Below are positions 39,594 through 49,501 of a stretch of 64,000 nt of DNA, in pieces (the stretch's first letter is position 1; the number at the start of each line of letters is the position of its first letter). The DNA comes from Terriglobia bacterium. GTDB lineage: Bacteria; Acidobacteriota; Terriglobia; 20CM-2-55-15. A program made the translations under genes and the position numbers. Location: positions 1-64,000 of the forward strand of contig CBDCLE010000022.1 of the NCBI GenBank assembly GCA_965218585.1, written 5' to 3'. Below the pieces are notes generated by a model. It saw only the letters and a program-made list of their open reading frames with translations, was not told the DNA's origin and searched no databases.

Positions 39594-40049
39594 ATGGATT
39601 TCGTTTTTAAGCCCAACCGCTATCCCGAAGAGCTCATCAAACCGATGAGAGAAGATCTCACGCGTCTGGGCGTGGTGGAAACGCGCACGCCCGAAGAAGT
39701 CGATCAGGCAGTGCAGAACACGGATGGAACCACGATGGTCATCGTCAATTCCGTGTGCGGATGTGCGGCCGGAAAGGCCCGCCCCGGTGTCGCCATGGCG
39801 CTCGGTCATTCGGTCAAGCCGGACAACATCGTTACCGTGTTTGCGGGTGCGGATGTTGAGGCCACCGAGAGGGCTCGGGAACACTTCAAGGGTTACGCTC
39901 CGTCATCTCCATCCATTGCGCTCATGCAGAACGGCGAAGTCGTTTACATGCTGGAGCGTCATCAGATCGAGGGACGGGAAGCACCCGAGATCGCCGCGGT
40001 ACTGACAGATGCGTTCGATCGTCTGTGCGTTCCCGCTTCAAATGGATGA
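39594..40049 (+). CDS. BrxA/BrxB-family bacilliredoxin
   Basis: PMREDLT, VNSVCGCAAGKARP, TVFAG, PSSPS and ERHQIEG motifs. Confidence 0.92.
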   Translation: MDFVFKPNRYPEELIKPMREDLTRLGVVETRTPEEVDQAVQNTDGTTMVIVNSVCGCAAGKARPGVAMALGHSVKPDNIVTVFAGADVEATERAREHFKGYAPSSPSIALMQNGEVVYMLERHQIEGREAPEIAAVLTDAFDRLCVPASNG

Positions 40050-40129
40050 AGGTCCCCAAAACTGTTCAGATTAGACTTCGGATGGGTTTCACGTTGACGT
40101 CTGAGTTTTCTGGAATCGGCCTCAAATCT

Positions 40130-40138
40130 TGCTAGAAT
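40130..40138 (+). promoter_or_regulatory. Putative extended -10 promoter
   Basis: TGcTAGAAT about 85 bp upstream of the RRM gene. Confidence 0.4.
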
Positions 40139-40223
40139 ATGCGGACCGATGACCGGACAGGCGTTTCAAGGGTTCACCGTGTCGCGCGCAGCAGAGAGGT
40201 GGTCTGCGTGAAGGGGACGGTCG

Positions 40224-40781
40224 ATGCCTAGTCGGCTGTTTGTGGGGAACCTTCCCTACGAAGCGACCGAAGACGAAATCCGGGAGCACTTCTCCCAGGT
40301 GGCTCCCGTCTCCCGCGTCTTCATGCCCTTGGACAGAGATACTGGGAAACCCCGCGGTTTTGCATTCGTAGAATTCGCCGAGCCCGAGCAGTCCAGCGCA
40401 GCGATCGAACAGCTTCATCAAAAGCCCTTCAAGGATCGGCCCCTGGTCGTCAATGAAGCCCGTCCAAGTGAAGGGCGTCCATCGGGTCCGCCCCGAGGCG
40501 CCAGACCCGCAGGCGGTGGGGCACCGCCCAGACCGCAGTCCCGAGAGCGAACGTCCATGGGTGGAGCTCCCGACGGTGCGCCTGCCCGTCCATCTCCATC
40601 AAGGCCCAGGCGCCGTGGTGGAAAACGCTCTTTCTGGGACGACAGTCCCAAAAAAGAGCCGATTCCGGAAAAAGTTCGAGGCCAGATATTGTCGGGTTAC
40701 GACGACGACGTCGAAGATGAGGAAGAGATAGAATTCGAAAACTTCGCGACCAGTCTGCCCGAGATTGACGAAGAAGAGTGA
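40224..40781 (+). CDS. RRM RNA-binding protein with low-complexity and acidic tail
   Basis: RNP2 LFVGNL, RNP1 RGFAFVEF and VNEARP, then a Gly/Pro/Arg-rich region and an acidic C-terminus. Confidence 0.9.
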   Translation: MPSRLFVGNLPYEATEDEIREHFSQVAPVSRVFMPLDRDTGKPRGFAFVEFAEPEQSSAAIEQLHQKPFKDRPLVVNEARPSEGRPSGPPRGARPAGGGAPPRPQSRERTSMGGAPDGAPARPSPSRPRRRGGKRSFWDDSPKKEPIPEKVRGQILSGYDDDVEDEEEIEFENFATSLPEIDEEE

Positions 40782-40819
40782 GTGCCGGATTTCTCTGAGC
40801 GGCCCAACCCCCCAACAGC

Positions 40820-41410
40820 ATGAGCCAGTCCCGCTTTGTCCTTGGTGTCGATCTGGACGGAGTCTGTGCCGATTTCTATGAGGGGCTGCGTCCCATCGCC
40901 GCCGAATGGCTGGGCGTTCCCGTCTCCTCTCTGCAAAGAGAAGTCAGTCACGGTCTGGCCGAGTGGGGAATCGATTCTGCGCCGGGCGGGTACGAAGCCC
41001 TCCATCGGTTTGCCGTAACTCAGCGGAATCTGTTTCGTGAACTCAAGCCAGTGGATCGGGCCCCTGCAACGCTGCGCCGGATTTCAGGCCAGGACGTGCG
41101 GATTCGGATCATCACGAATCGACTCTTCATCAAGTACTTTCATCAGCAAGCCGTCCGCCAGACTATCGAGTGGCTCGACCATTACGATATTCCGTACTGG
41201 GATCTCTGTTTCATGCGGGACAAAGCGGCTGTCGGTGCGGATCTGTACATAGAGGACTCACCCGACAACATCGAGCAACTGCGAGGCGACGGCTATCCTA
41301 CGCTCGTCTTTTCAAACTCCACGAACCGTGATCTGGCCCCTCCCCGCGCCGACTCGTGGGAAGACGTGGAAAGTTTCGTGGAAGCAGAGCTTGTGAAGTG
41401 GCAACCCTGA
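40820..41410 (+). CDS. HAD-superfamily 5'(3')-nucleotidase (NT5C type)
   Basis: VDLDGVCADF, ITNR and LYIEDSPDN motifs. Confidence 0.85.
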   Translation: MSQSRFVLGVDLDGVCADFYEGLRPIAAEWLGVPVSSLQREVSHGLAEWGIDSAPGGYEALHRFAVTQRNLFRELKPVDRAPATLRRISGQDVRIRIITNRLFIKYFHQQAVRQTIEWLDHYDIPYWDLCFMRDKAAVGADLYIEDSPDNIEQLRGDGYPTLVFSNSTNRDLAPPRADSWEDVESFVEAELVKWQP

Positions 41411-41451
41411 CAGAAATAGGGCTCTGACCCCATTTAAAGAGGGGAGGGAAA

Positions 41452-41922
41452 GTGGCCGAGGACGAATCCTTGAGAAGCCATCTGGTAGCTGCTCTGAAGG
41501 GTGGCCATGCGCATCCCCCTATTGATCAGGTCCTGTCGGGTTGGCCGGAACAGCTTCGCGGCTCGAAACCAGACGGTGCAAACCACACGGCATGGCAACT
41601 GCTGGAACACCTGCGAATTGCGCAGTGGGACATCCTGGGTTTCTCGATTTCCCCAGACCATGTCTCGCCTGAATTTCCAGACGGGTACTGGCCGGAGGGC
41701 GGCGAACCACCTAATGAAGAAGCCTGGGACGAGAGCGCGAGTCAGTTTGAAAAAGACCTGGAGGCCATGCAATCTCTCGTGTTGGATCCGGCAACAGATC
41801 TCTACGCTCGAATACCTCACGGGGATGGTCAGACCGTACTCAAAGAAGCCTTGACCCTGACATCACACAACTCCTACCACATCGGGCAGTTGATGACGCT
41901 CCGGAGGATCCTTGGAGCGTAG
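41452..41922 (+). CDS. DinB-family protein
   Basis: GGHAH, WQLLEHLRIAQWDIL and HNSYHIGQ motifs. Confidence 0.88.
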   Translation: MAEDESLRSHLVAALKGGHAHPPIDQVLSGWPEQLRGSKPDGANHTAWQLLEHLRIAQWDILGFSISPDHVSPEFPDGYWPEGGEPPNEEAWDESASQFEKDLEAMQSLVLDPATDLYARIPHGDGQTVLKEALTLTSHNSYHIGQLMTLRRILGA

Positions 41923-41949
41923 ATGAACGCTGCCGAACCCGAATAACTT

Positions 41950-41975
41950 GAACTTTTCCGGCCGGTTGGGCGTAA
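41950..41975 (+). promoter_or_regulatory. Candidate ECF-sigma promoter
   Basis: GAACTT-N15-CGTAA upstream of the ECF sigma gene. Confidence 0.35.
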
Positions 41976-42082
41976 CTTGGATGAAGGCGGAAACGCATGA
42001 TCCTACCAGCAATAGGGAAGATGGCTCATTTTCTTGTTAATCGTTTCGGTCCCGGACCGTTAGATAGTGTGGAGACGAGAAG

Positions 42083-42631
42083 ATGACATTGTCCGTTGGT
42101 GTGAAACCCGAACAACCTCAGGCAGTCTTCAAGCAATTGGAGCAGGTATTCATGGACCACTACGATTTGGTCTACACGACTGCATACCGAGTCACTGGCA
42201 ACGGTAACGATGCCGAGGACGTGCTGCAGACCCTTTTTCTGCGGCTCGCCCGGAGGGAATCGTCACCGGACCAGAAGGGCGATTGGCCCCGGTACCTGCG
42301 CCGCGCTGCGGTAAACGTTTCACTCGACCTGGTTCGGAAGCGGAACCATAGCGTGTCGATCACGGAGATAGAGCCCTGGATCAAAGAGTCCCGGCCGGAT
42401 CCCTACCGGCAGCATAAGAGTAGGGAACTGGGCGAGGGACTTCGCCGCGCTCTCGCGGAATTGAATCCAAGGGCCGCTGAAGTCTTCGTGCTGCGGCACA
42501 TCGAGGGCTACACCAACGGAGATATCGCAAGTATGCTCGGCACATCGACCGGCTCGATTGCCGTCACCCTGTTTCGCGCGCGGAGTAGTCTGAGAAGATC
42601 GCTCCGCTCGTTCGTAGGAGGTCCGTCTTGA
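42083..42631 (+). CDS. ECF sigma-70 factor
   Basis: DAEDVLQTLF, region 4 VFVLRHIEGYT...IA and LFRAR. Confidence 0.92.
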   Translation: MTLSVGVKPEQPQAVFKQLEQVFMDHYDLVYTTAYRVTGNGNDAEDVLQTLFLRLARRESSPDQKGDWPRYLRRAAVNVSLDLVRKRNHSVSITEIEPWIKESRPDPYRQHKSRELGEGLRRALAELNPRAAEVFVLRHIEGYTNGDIASMLGTSTGSIAVTLFRARSSLRRSLRSFVGGPS

Positions 42632-43405
42632 AGTCCAAGAGCCAGAAACCCAGGCATGTGCTCAACGGTGCCGTCGATGAAGTTCGCAACCTTCGTCCCG
42701 ATCCTGCCGATATCGAGGAAGCGGCTGCCCGCGTGTGGTCGCGCATTTCCGAAGAAGCGGCCGAACAGACCGTCTTGTCGCCGGACATGCGACATCCGGA
42801 AGTCGAAGCGATCCGAGGCTGCGGGGATTACCAGTCTCTGATCCCGACTTACCTGGCAGGTCAGTTGAGTCCGGCGAGAACGCTGCTCCTGGAAGACCAC
42901 AGTCGCGAGTGCCTCCAGTGCCGGAAGGCCTTGACCGCGGCACGATCATCGGCGCCGAGCACCTCCAGCGCTCAAAGAGAGAGTAGAGGCGGATTGCTCC
43001 CATAGCGGTGGGCTGCCCTTGGCGTGGCCGCAGCGCTCGTGCTCGCCTTCGGGATCGGGCAATCCGATCTGATCCGCTTGATGTTGTTCCCCATCGAGGT
43101 TAACGCGTCTGCGCAGACGGTTCGAGGGCAGCTGTTTCTTCTCGACGGTCAGGAATTGATGCCGATTTCGGCCGGTGCCCAGATCACCGCCGGAGAACCG
43201 ATCCGTACGGCGACCGATTCGGGAGCAATTGTCGAGCTCGCCGACGGCACTCGGGTCGAGATGCGGGAGCGATCCGAGATGACCCTCGTTCCGGCTAGCG
43301 ACGGCGTTCGCATCCAGTTGGAACGCGGCAGCGTCATAGTACGCGCCGCAGAGCAACGTGACGGGCACCTGTACGTCTCGACCGATGACGTCGACGTCTC
43401 CGTAG

Positions 43406-44873
43406 TACTACTGTGTTACAAGCGGCCTATTTTATGTTAGCATCCGGTCATGAGCGCCAAATCGAAGGCGCCAGGCACTCAGGAAAAACGTTTTGCGGCC
43501 TATTTGAAACGCCTGGCGTCGGCCGCAGGACACGCCGATCGTCATGAACCGTTGAAGTCGTACTGCACCGGGTTGTTGCTGCCGATCAAACGTAAGAGTG
43601 TGGAGCCGATGGCTGCACGATTGGCTCCGGATAATGTACGCCGAATGCACCAGTCGCTACATCATCTGGTCGCGGATGCGCCCTGGGACGATGCGGCTCT
43701 GTTGGCAGAAGTTCGACAGTACGCGCTGGGGGCGATGGAAGCCAACGGTCCGATTGAAGCCTGGATTGTCGACGACACCGGATTCGTGAAAAAGGGGACC
43801 CACTCGGTGGGTGTGGCCCGGCAATACTGTGGACAGGTCGGCAAACCTGAGAACTGCCGGGTGGCGGTGAGCCTGTCGGTGGCGACAGCGAAATCCAGCT
43901 TGCCGGTGGCATGGCGACTCTACCTCCCCGAGACCTGGGCGAAGGATCCGGAACGTCGAAGCAAAGCCGCTATTCCCGAAGACGTTCGATTTCAAACTAA
44001 ACCTCAAATTGCTTTGGAACAAATCCGGCAGGCCGTCGATGACGGCATTGCTCCGGCACCGGTTCTGGGCGATACGGCCTACGGCAACAACTACAAGTTC
44101 CGGCACGGCATCACCGAACTCGGACTTAGCTACGTCCTAGGGGTGCAAGGCACCACGACCGTGTGGAAACCGGGCCAGGGTCCCTTGCCGCCGAAATCCT
44201 TGACCGGCCGCGGACGGACACCGACCCGCATGCAGCGCAACAAGAAACATCAACCGGTTTCGGTCAAGCAACTGGCCCTCTCGTTGTCTCCCCAGCGTTG
44301 GAAGAACGTCTCCTGGCGCGAAGGCACCTCCGAGACCCTGCGTTCCCGTTTCGCCGCAGTTCGCATTCGTCCCGCTCATCTGGATCACGAGCGCCACTCG
44401 CCGCATCCGAAAGAGTGGTTGTTGGTCGAGTGGCCCAAGACCGCATCCGAACCGATCCGGTACTGGCTCTCCACTCTTGGGGCCCATACCTCGCTTTCCG
44501 ATCTGGCCGGTCAGGCCAAACAGCGCTGGATCATCGAACGCGACTATCAGGAACTCAAGCAGGAACTCGGTCTGGGACACTACGAAGGTCGCGGCTGGCG
44601 TGGATTTCACCATCATGGCACCTTATGTATTGCCTCTTATGGGTTCCTGGTCGCCGAGCGGAGCCGTTTTTCCCCCTCTGCATTTGTCGAGCATGTTGGA
44701 CTATCCGTCCCCAAACTCCCCAAACACTTCAAACCCCGCGGAACCCCGGATCCGGCCCGAACGACATAACCCCTGCTCGATTGCCACGCTTCGCATTCGC
44801 ATCGCCCGCTTCCTGATTCAGCAGCTTCCTCGTTGTCCGTTCTGTGGACCGCTTCGTTTGTAACACAGTAGTA
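43406..44873 (+). mobile_element. IS701-family IS, copy C (1468 bp, uninterrupted)
   Basis: IRs TACTACTGTGTTACAA / TTGTAACACAGTAGTA; flanks GTAG and CTAG. Confidence 0.93.
43450..44769 (+). CDS. IS701-family transposase
   Basis: 439-aa ORF, nearly identical to copies A and B. Confidence 0.93.
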   Translation: MSAKSKAPGTQEKRFAAYLKRLASAAGHADRHEPLKSYCTGLLLPIKRKSVEPMAARLAPDNVRRMHQSLHHLVADAPWDDAALLAEVRQYALGAMEANGPIEAWIVDDTGFVKKGTHSVGVARQYCGQVGKPENCRVAVSLSVATAKSSLPVAWRLYLPETWAKDPERRSKAAIPEDVRFQTKPQIALEQIRQAVDDGIAPAPVLGDTAYGNNYKFRHGITELGLSYVLGVQGTTTVWKPGQGPLPPKSLTGRGRTPTRMQRNKKHQPVSVKQLALSLSPQRWKNVSWREGTSETLRSRFAAVRIRPAHLDHERHSPHPKEWLLVEWPKTASEPIRYWLSTLGAHTSLSDLAGQAKQRWIIERDYQELKQELGLGHYEGRGWRGFHHHGTLCIASYGFLVAERSRFSPSAFVEHVGLSVPKLPKHFKPRGTPDPARTT

Positions 44874-44877
44874 CTAG

Positions 44878-46614
44878 CCCGCATATTTCACCGATAGGAC
44901 CAGAAAAGGCCGCCCTGTCTGGCATAAAGCGTTTTGAAATAAACGTTTAACAAGCCAAACGGAGACGGCCCTTATGAGAACAGAGTGTAACCAAACGACG
45001 TTCGAATTTCACGGACTTCTTCAACGAAAAGTGAAGGCGCGTTTTGACGGCGGAAAGATCACCTCCGACGCTGGGGTTCTGCTGTTGAGGGAAGTGGAAA
45101 AGCGAACGGGTCTGATCGCCGGACTGGCCGAGTGTTTCAGGGATTACCGGGACGCGAGGTTGATCGAACACACGGTGAGCGAGTTATTGGGGCAGCGCGT
45201 CTACGGACTCTGTCTGGGCTACGAGGATCTGAACGATCATGACCAACTGCGGACCGATCCGATGCTGGCCGTGGCGGTGGATAAGGCCGATCCACTGGGG
45301 GAGAAGCGGCGGCAGGCCCGAGACCGGGGAAAAGCGTTGGCGGGCAAGTGTACGCTGAACCGGTTGGAACTGACCGGGGAGCAAGTCGATGGGAAGGAGC
45401 GGTACAAGAAGATGGCCATGGACCCGGACAAGATCGACCGCTGGATGGTGGATGCATTTGTGGCGGCTCACGGATCGGCGCCCGAGGAGATTGTTCTGGA
45501 CCTGGATGCGACCGATGATCCGATCCATGGCCATCAGGAAGGACGGTTCTTTCACGGCTACTACGGCAACTACTGTTATCTGCCGCTCTACATCTTTTCG
45601 GGAGAGCATCTGCTATGCGCCCGGTTGCGGTGCTCCAATGTCGACGGTGCGGACGGCGCCGTCGAGGAATTGAACCGCATCATCGGCCAGATCCGGCAGA
45701 GCTGGCCGGAGGTGTCGATTATCATCCGGGCCGACTCGGGCTTTTGCCGGGATGAATTGCTGAGTTGGTGCGAGGCCCACCAGGTCGATTACGTGGTGGG
45801 TCTGGCCAAGAACGATCGGCTCAAGCGCGAGATCGCTGAATCGATGAGTCAGGCCGAAGCCGAGTTTAACGACACCGGGAAACCGGCGCGGGTGTTTAAC
45901 GATTTCCGGTATCGCACTCGGAAGAGCTGGACCTGCACCCGACGCGTCATCGGCAAGGCCGAGTTCCTGGAGAAAGGCGCCAATCCTCGATTCGTTGTGA
46001 CCTCACTGTCGCCGGAACGCCTGGACGCCCGCGCCCTCTATGAAGACTTTTACTGTGCGCGGGGCGACATGGAAAATCGCATCAAGGAACAGCAGTTGGA
46101 TCTATTCGCCGACCGGACCAGCGCGGCAACCATGCGCGCCAATCAACTCCGGCTCTATCTGTCCTCGGCCGCCTACATGCTCCTGCACGCGTTACGCCGT
46201 CTGGGACTGAAGAATACCGATCTGGCCCGCGCTCAGTGCCAGACGATCCGCTTGAAGCTCCTCAAGATCGGAGCTCAAGTCCGTCTGACGGTTCGCAACA
46301 TCTGGATCTCCATGTCGGAAGCCTATCCCTACGCCGAGGTCTTTGCCCTCGTCCATCGAAACCTGCAGGCGCTTCCTCTGCGCTGCTGAGAACCGACCCG
46401 ATCCCCTGCGCCAAAATCGACTCGCTCTTTTCGGCTCCGCCGAGGTTTGTCTCAGTGCGTTTCGTCACCCTCTTCTGAACCCGAAAACGCAGCAACTCCC
46501 GCTTGTCGACACCGCCGAGTCACGCCACACATGCCCAATTCGAACCCAGATCCTCCCGAATCCGATTCTTACTGCCCAAATCCCCCTGATCGCCGGACTG
46601 GTGAAACATGCGGG
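44878..46614 (+). mobile_element. IS1380-family IS with CTAG duplication
   Basis: IRs CCCGCATATTTCACC / GGTGAAACATGCGGG; CTAG at 44874-44877 and 46615-46618. Confidence 0.92.
44974..46389 (+). CDS. IS1380-family transposase
   Basis: FDGGKITSDAG, GYEDLNDHD, LDLDATDD, RADSGF and RGDMENRIKE motifs. Confidence 0.93.
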   Translation: MRTECNQTTFEFHGLLQRKVKARFDGGKITSDAGVLLLREVEKRTGLIAGLAECFRDYRDARLIEHTVSELLGQRVYGLCLGYEDLNDHDQLRTDPMLAVAVDKADPLGEKRRQARDRGKALAGKCTLNRLELTGEQVDGKERYKKMAMDPDKIDRWMVDAFVAAHGSAPEEIVLDLDATDDPIHGHQEGRFFHGYYGNYCYLPLYIFSGEHLLCARLRCSNVDGADGAVEELNRIIGQIRQSWPEVSIIIRADSGFCRDELLSWCEAHQVDYVVGLAKNDRLKREIAESMSQAEAEFNDTGKPARVFNDFRYRTRKSWTCTRRVIGKAEFLEKGANPRFVVTSLSPERLDARALYEDFYCARGDMENRIKEQQLDLFADRTSAATMRANQLRLYLSSAAYMLLHALRRLGLKNTDLARAQCQTIRLKLLKIGAQVRLTVRNIWISMSEAYPYAEVFALVHRNLQALPLRC

Positions 46615-48496
46615 CTAGTCGGTACGGTGTTTGCTGTCAGTGAAGGAACCAAAGGCTCCCGGGTTTCGGTGATCGAGGGCGAAGTCAACGTCGAGAGCGA
46701 AGCCACGGCCACTCGTTTGTTCCCCGGCGAACAGTTCAACTCGAGCCAGATCCTGACTGAAGTGCCGATCGAGGAGGAGATCGCATGGAGCCAGGAACTG
46801 GCTCTGCATATCGCGTTGCTGGGAGAGTTTGCCGGTGCCCGGGACGAATTGAGAGATGCGATCGCTTCCCAGGGACTCCGTTACTCGTCGACACTGCTGG
46901 GCCGTGTGCCGGCCGACACCGTGATGTACGCCTCCTTCCCGAACGCCGCACGCACGTTGATGGATGCTTACGACGTATTCCGCAGCCGCGTCGAGGAGAA
47001 TGCGGTGATCCGCGAGTGGTGGAACGAGTCCGCCGCCCAGGCCGCCGAGTCTGGCAACCTGACCATCGATCAGATGATCGAACAGGTTCGAGCACTTTCG
47101 AGTCTGGTCGGGAACGAGATAGTCCTGGCGATGGCGGGCGGCAACGATAGTCCCGAACCCCTCCTGCTGGCCGAGATCACTGACGCCGAGCAGGCCGTGA
47201 TTTTGTTGCGCGCGGCGCTGGCCATGTCGGCCGAACCTGCCGGTCTCCGGATCGTGACCGCTGCCGCGGATCTTGGTGCGCTGTCCGGCACCGAGGAAGC
47301 GATCGCCTATGTCGAGGGCGGTCTGCTGGCCTTCTCGCCATCTCCTGGCGGCATCATGGGTGCCCTCAACCCGGATGGCGCCTTCTCGGGCACGGAGTTT
47401 TATGCCTCGCTCGCGGCGGCCTACGCCGACGGTACGGACTGGCTGTTCGCCGCCGACATCGATCAGTTGCTCGATGGAGAGTTTGCCGACCTGCCCGATG
47501 GGATCGGTTTCAACGATCTGAACGACCTGATCGTGGATTACAAGGCCCTCGGCGCGAGCGGTGCCACCAGTGCGATCATGAACTTCGAGGGGTCGAGAAC
47601 CGGCGTGGCCTCCTGGATCGGCCCAGCTGCACCCATGGGTGGGCTGGATTTCATCTCCCCCGACACCTTTGGTGTGGCGGCCGGGCTGACCAGGGATCCG
47701 GTCTCGATCGTTGGAGAGATGTTCGACACGCTGCGCACGGTGAATACCGGGGAATGGAACGAGATCCTTGCCTTCCAGGCCGAACACAGGATCGACATCC
47801 AGTACGACCTTGCCGCTCCACTCGGTGGCGAGATCGCGATTGCTATCGATGGGCCGATGCTTCCGACGCCCTCCTGGAAGGTTGTGGTCGAGGTCTATGA
47901 CTCGGCCAGGTTGCAGAACACACTGGAACGGCTCGGTGCGGAACTGAACCGGACTGCCGAAATGGACGGCGAACCGGGCGTCGAGATCACCGCGGAGTCG
48001 GTCGGCGGGCAGATCTACCACAGCGTGACCGCGCTCGAGAACGGTTCGGCAATCCACTACACTTACTCGGGCGGTTACATGATCGTTGCGGCCAGTCGCG
48101 CTCTCGTGACGCAGGCGTTACAGTACAATCAGACACGCTACACGTTGGGAAATTCTGCCGCGTTTCAGGGCCTGCTGCCGGCGGGTAGTGCCAACTACTG
48201 CTTGGCGATCCTGTATCAGAACATGACGCCGATGATCTCGGCCCTCGCCGACTATGTTCCGTTGCCGGAAGACGCGATCACGGATGAACAACTCGCCGTT
48301 ATCGACGAGACCGTGCGGAACACACCGCCGACGTTGGTCTGTGTCGCTGCCGAAGAAGATCGAATCGTCGCATCAAATCAGGGTGAACTGGCGTTCAACC
48401 TGGTTACGCTGGGCGGCTTCAGCGGTTTGCTTGAAACTCTGAGCCAGGTTCAGGGCAGTGATGAGTGAACCGAGGTAGAGTGTTTTTTTGGAGACG

Positions 48497-49501
48497 ATGT
48501 TAGAGACGAAAACACAATCGGCAGAAAAGGAAGCGGCCACTGAAAGTTCCGACCCGGCGAAGCCTGGGATGGCAACGCCAAGTGTCGAACTCGACCGTTT
48601 GTCGGTGACGTTCGCCGGACGGCCGATCCTGAGGCAGCTCCAGGCGGCCATGTCGGGACGTGCGATCGGACTGCTCGGCCCGAACGGTGCCGGCAAGAGC
48701 ACGCTGATGCAAACGCTGCTCGGTTTCCATCCGCCCTCCGGCGGCACGGCGCGGATACTCGGGATGGACATCCGGACCGAAATCCGCAAGGTCCGTCACC
48801 ACATCGGGTACATGCCGGAGAACGACGCATTCATTGCCGGGATGAGCGCCGTCCGGCTGGTTCGGTTGATGGGAGAACTGTCCGGATTGCCGAAGAACGA
48901 AGCCCTCGAACGGGCTCATGAAACGCTGTTCTTCCTCGGCATGGGTGAGGCGCGTTACCGGCCTGTCGGCACGTATTCCCTCGGCATGAAGCAGATGGCC
49001 AAGCTGGCTGCTGCGATCGTGCACGGTCCCCGGATGCTGATCCTCGACGAGCCCACCAACGGCCTGGACGCCAACGCCAGAATCCGGATGTTCGAGATCA
49101 TCCGCAACATCCGAGACAGCGGACACACGCAGCTGATCCTGTCTTCCCACCTGCTGCGTGACGTCGAAGAGTGCTGCGACGAGGTCCTGATTCTCAAGGA
49201 AGGACAGATCGTGACCTACTGCAACATCGAGGAAGAACGACGGAGCAACACGAAGTTTCTCAACGTAGAAACCAAGGGCAACACGGCGGCGTTTCTCCGG
49301 CTCGCAGAGGGCAGGGGTTGCGAGTTGGCGGTTAACGGCACGCGCAAGATCAAGATGGTTTTGCCCAAGGAAGTCGAGGTCCGCGAACTCTACCGGATGG
49401 CCGCCGACACAGGCGTCCAGATCCGCCGGCTCGACTACAAGAGAGATTCTCTCCAGGACATCTTCCTGAAGGCGATGGAAAAACCGAATGGCCGTTTATA
49501 A
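48497..49501 (+). CDS. ABC transporter ATP-binding protein
   Basis: [21 protein letters not shown] and SSH motifs. Confidence 0.92.
   Translation: MLETKTQSAEKEAATESSDPAKPGMATPSVELDRLSVTFAGRPILRQLQAAMSGRAIGLLGPNGAGKSTLMQTLLGFHPPSGGTARILGMDIRTEIRKVRHHIGYMPENDAFIAGMSAVRLVRLMGELSGLPKNEALERAHETLFFLGMGEARYRPVGTYSLGMKQMAKLAAAIVHGPRMLILDEPTNGLDANARIRMFEIIRNIRDSGHTQLILSSHLLRDVEECCDEVLILKEGQIVTYCNIEEERRSNTKFLNVETKGNTAAFLRLAEGRGCELAVNGTRKIKMVLPKEVEVRELYRMAADTGVQIRRLDYKRDSLQDIFLKAMEKPNGRL

Larger units (their letters stand above)
42628..48468 (+). pseudogene. Anti-sigma factor (ZAS + TM + FecR + large periplasmic domain), disrupted
   Basis: HSRECLQC motif; in-frame TAG at 43003-43005. The FecR motif DVDVSV|VGTVFAV is split by IS701 plus IS1380 (43406-46618). 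Confidence 0.88.

Noticed and set aside
43003-43005. Pyrrolysine or amber recoding in the anti-sigma gene
   Set aside because: The gene is also broken by two IS, other genes here end in TAG, and no pyl genes are seen; a nonsense mutation is simpler.
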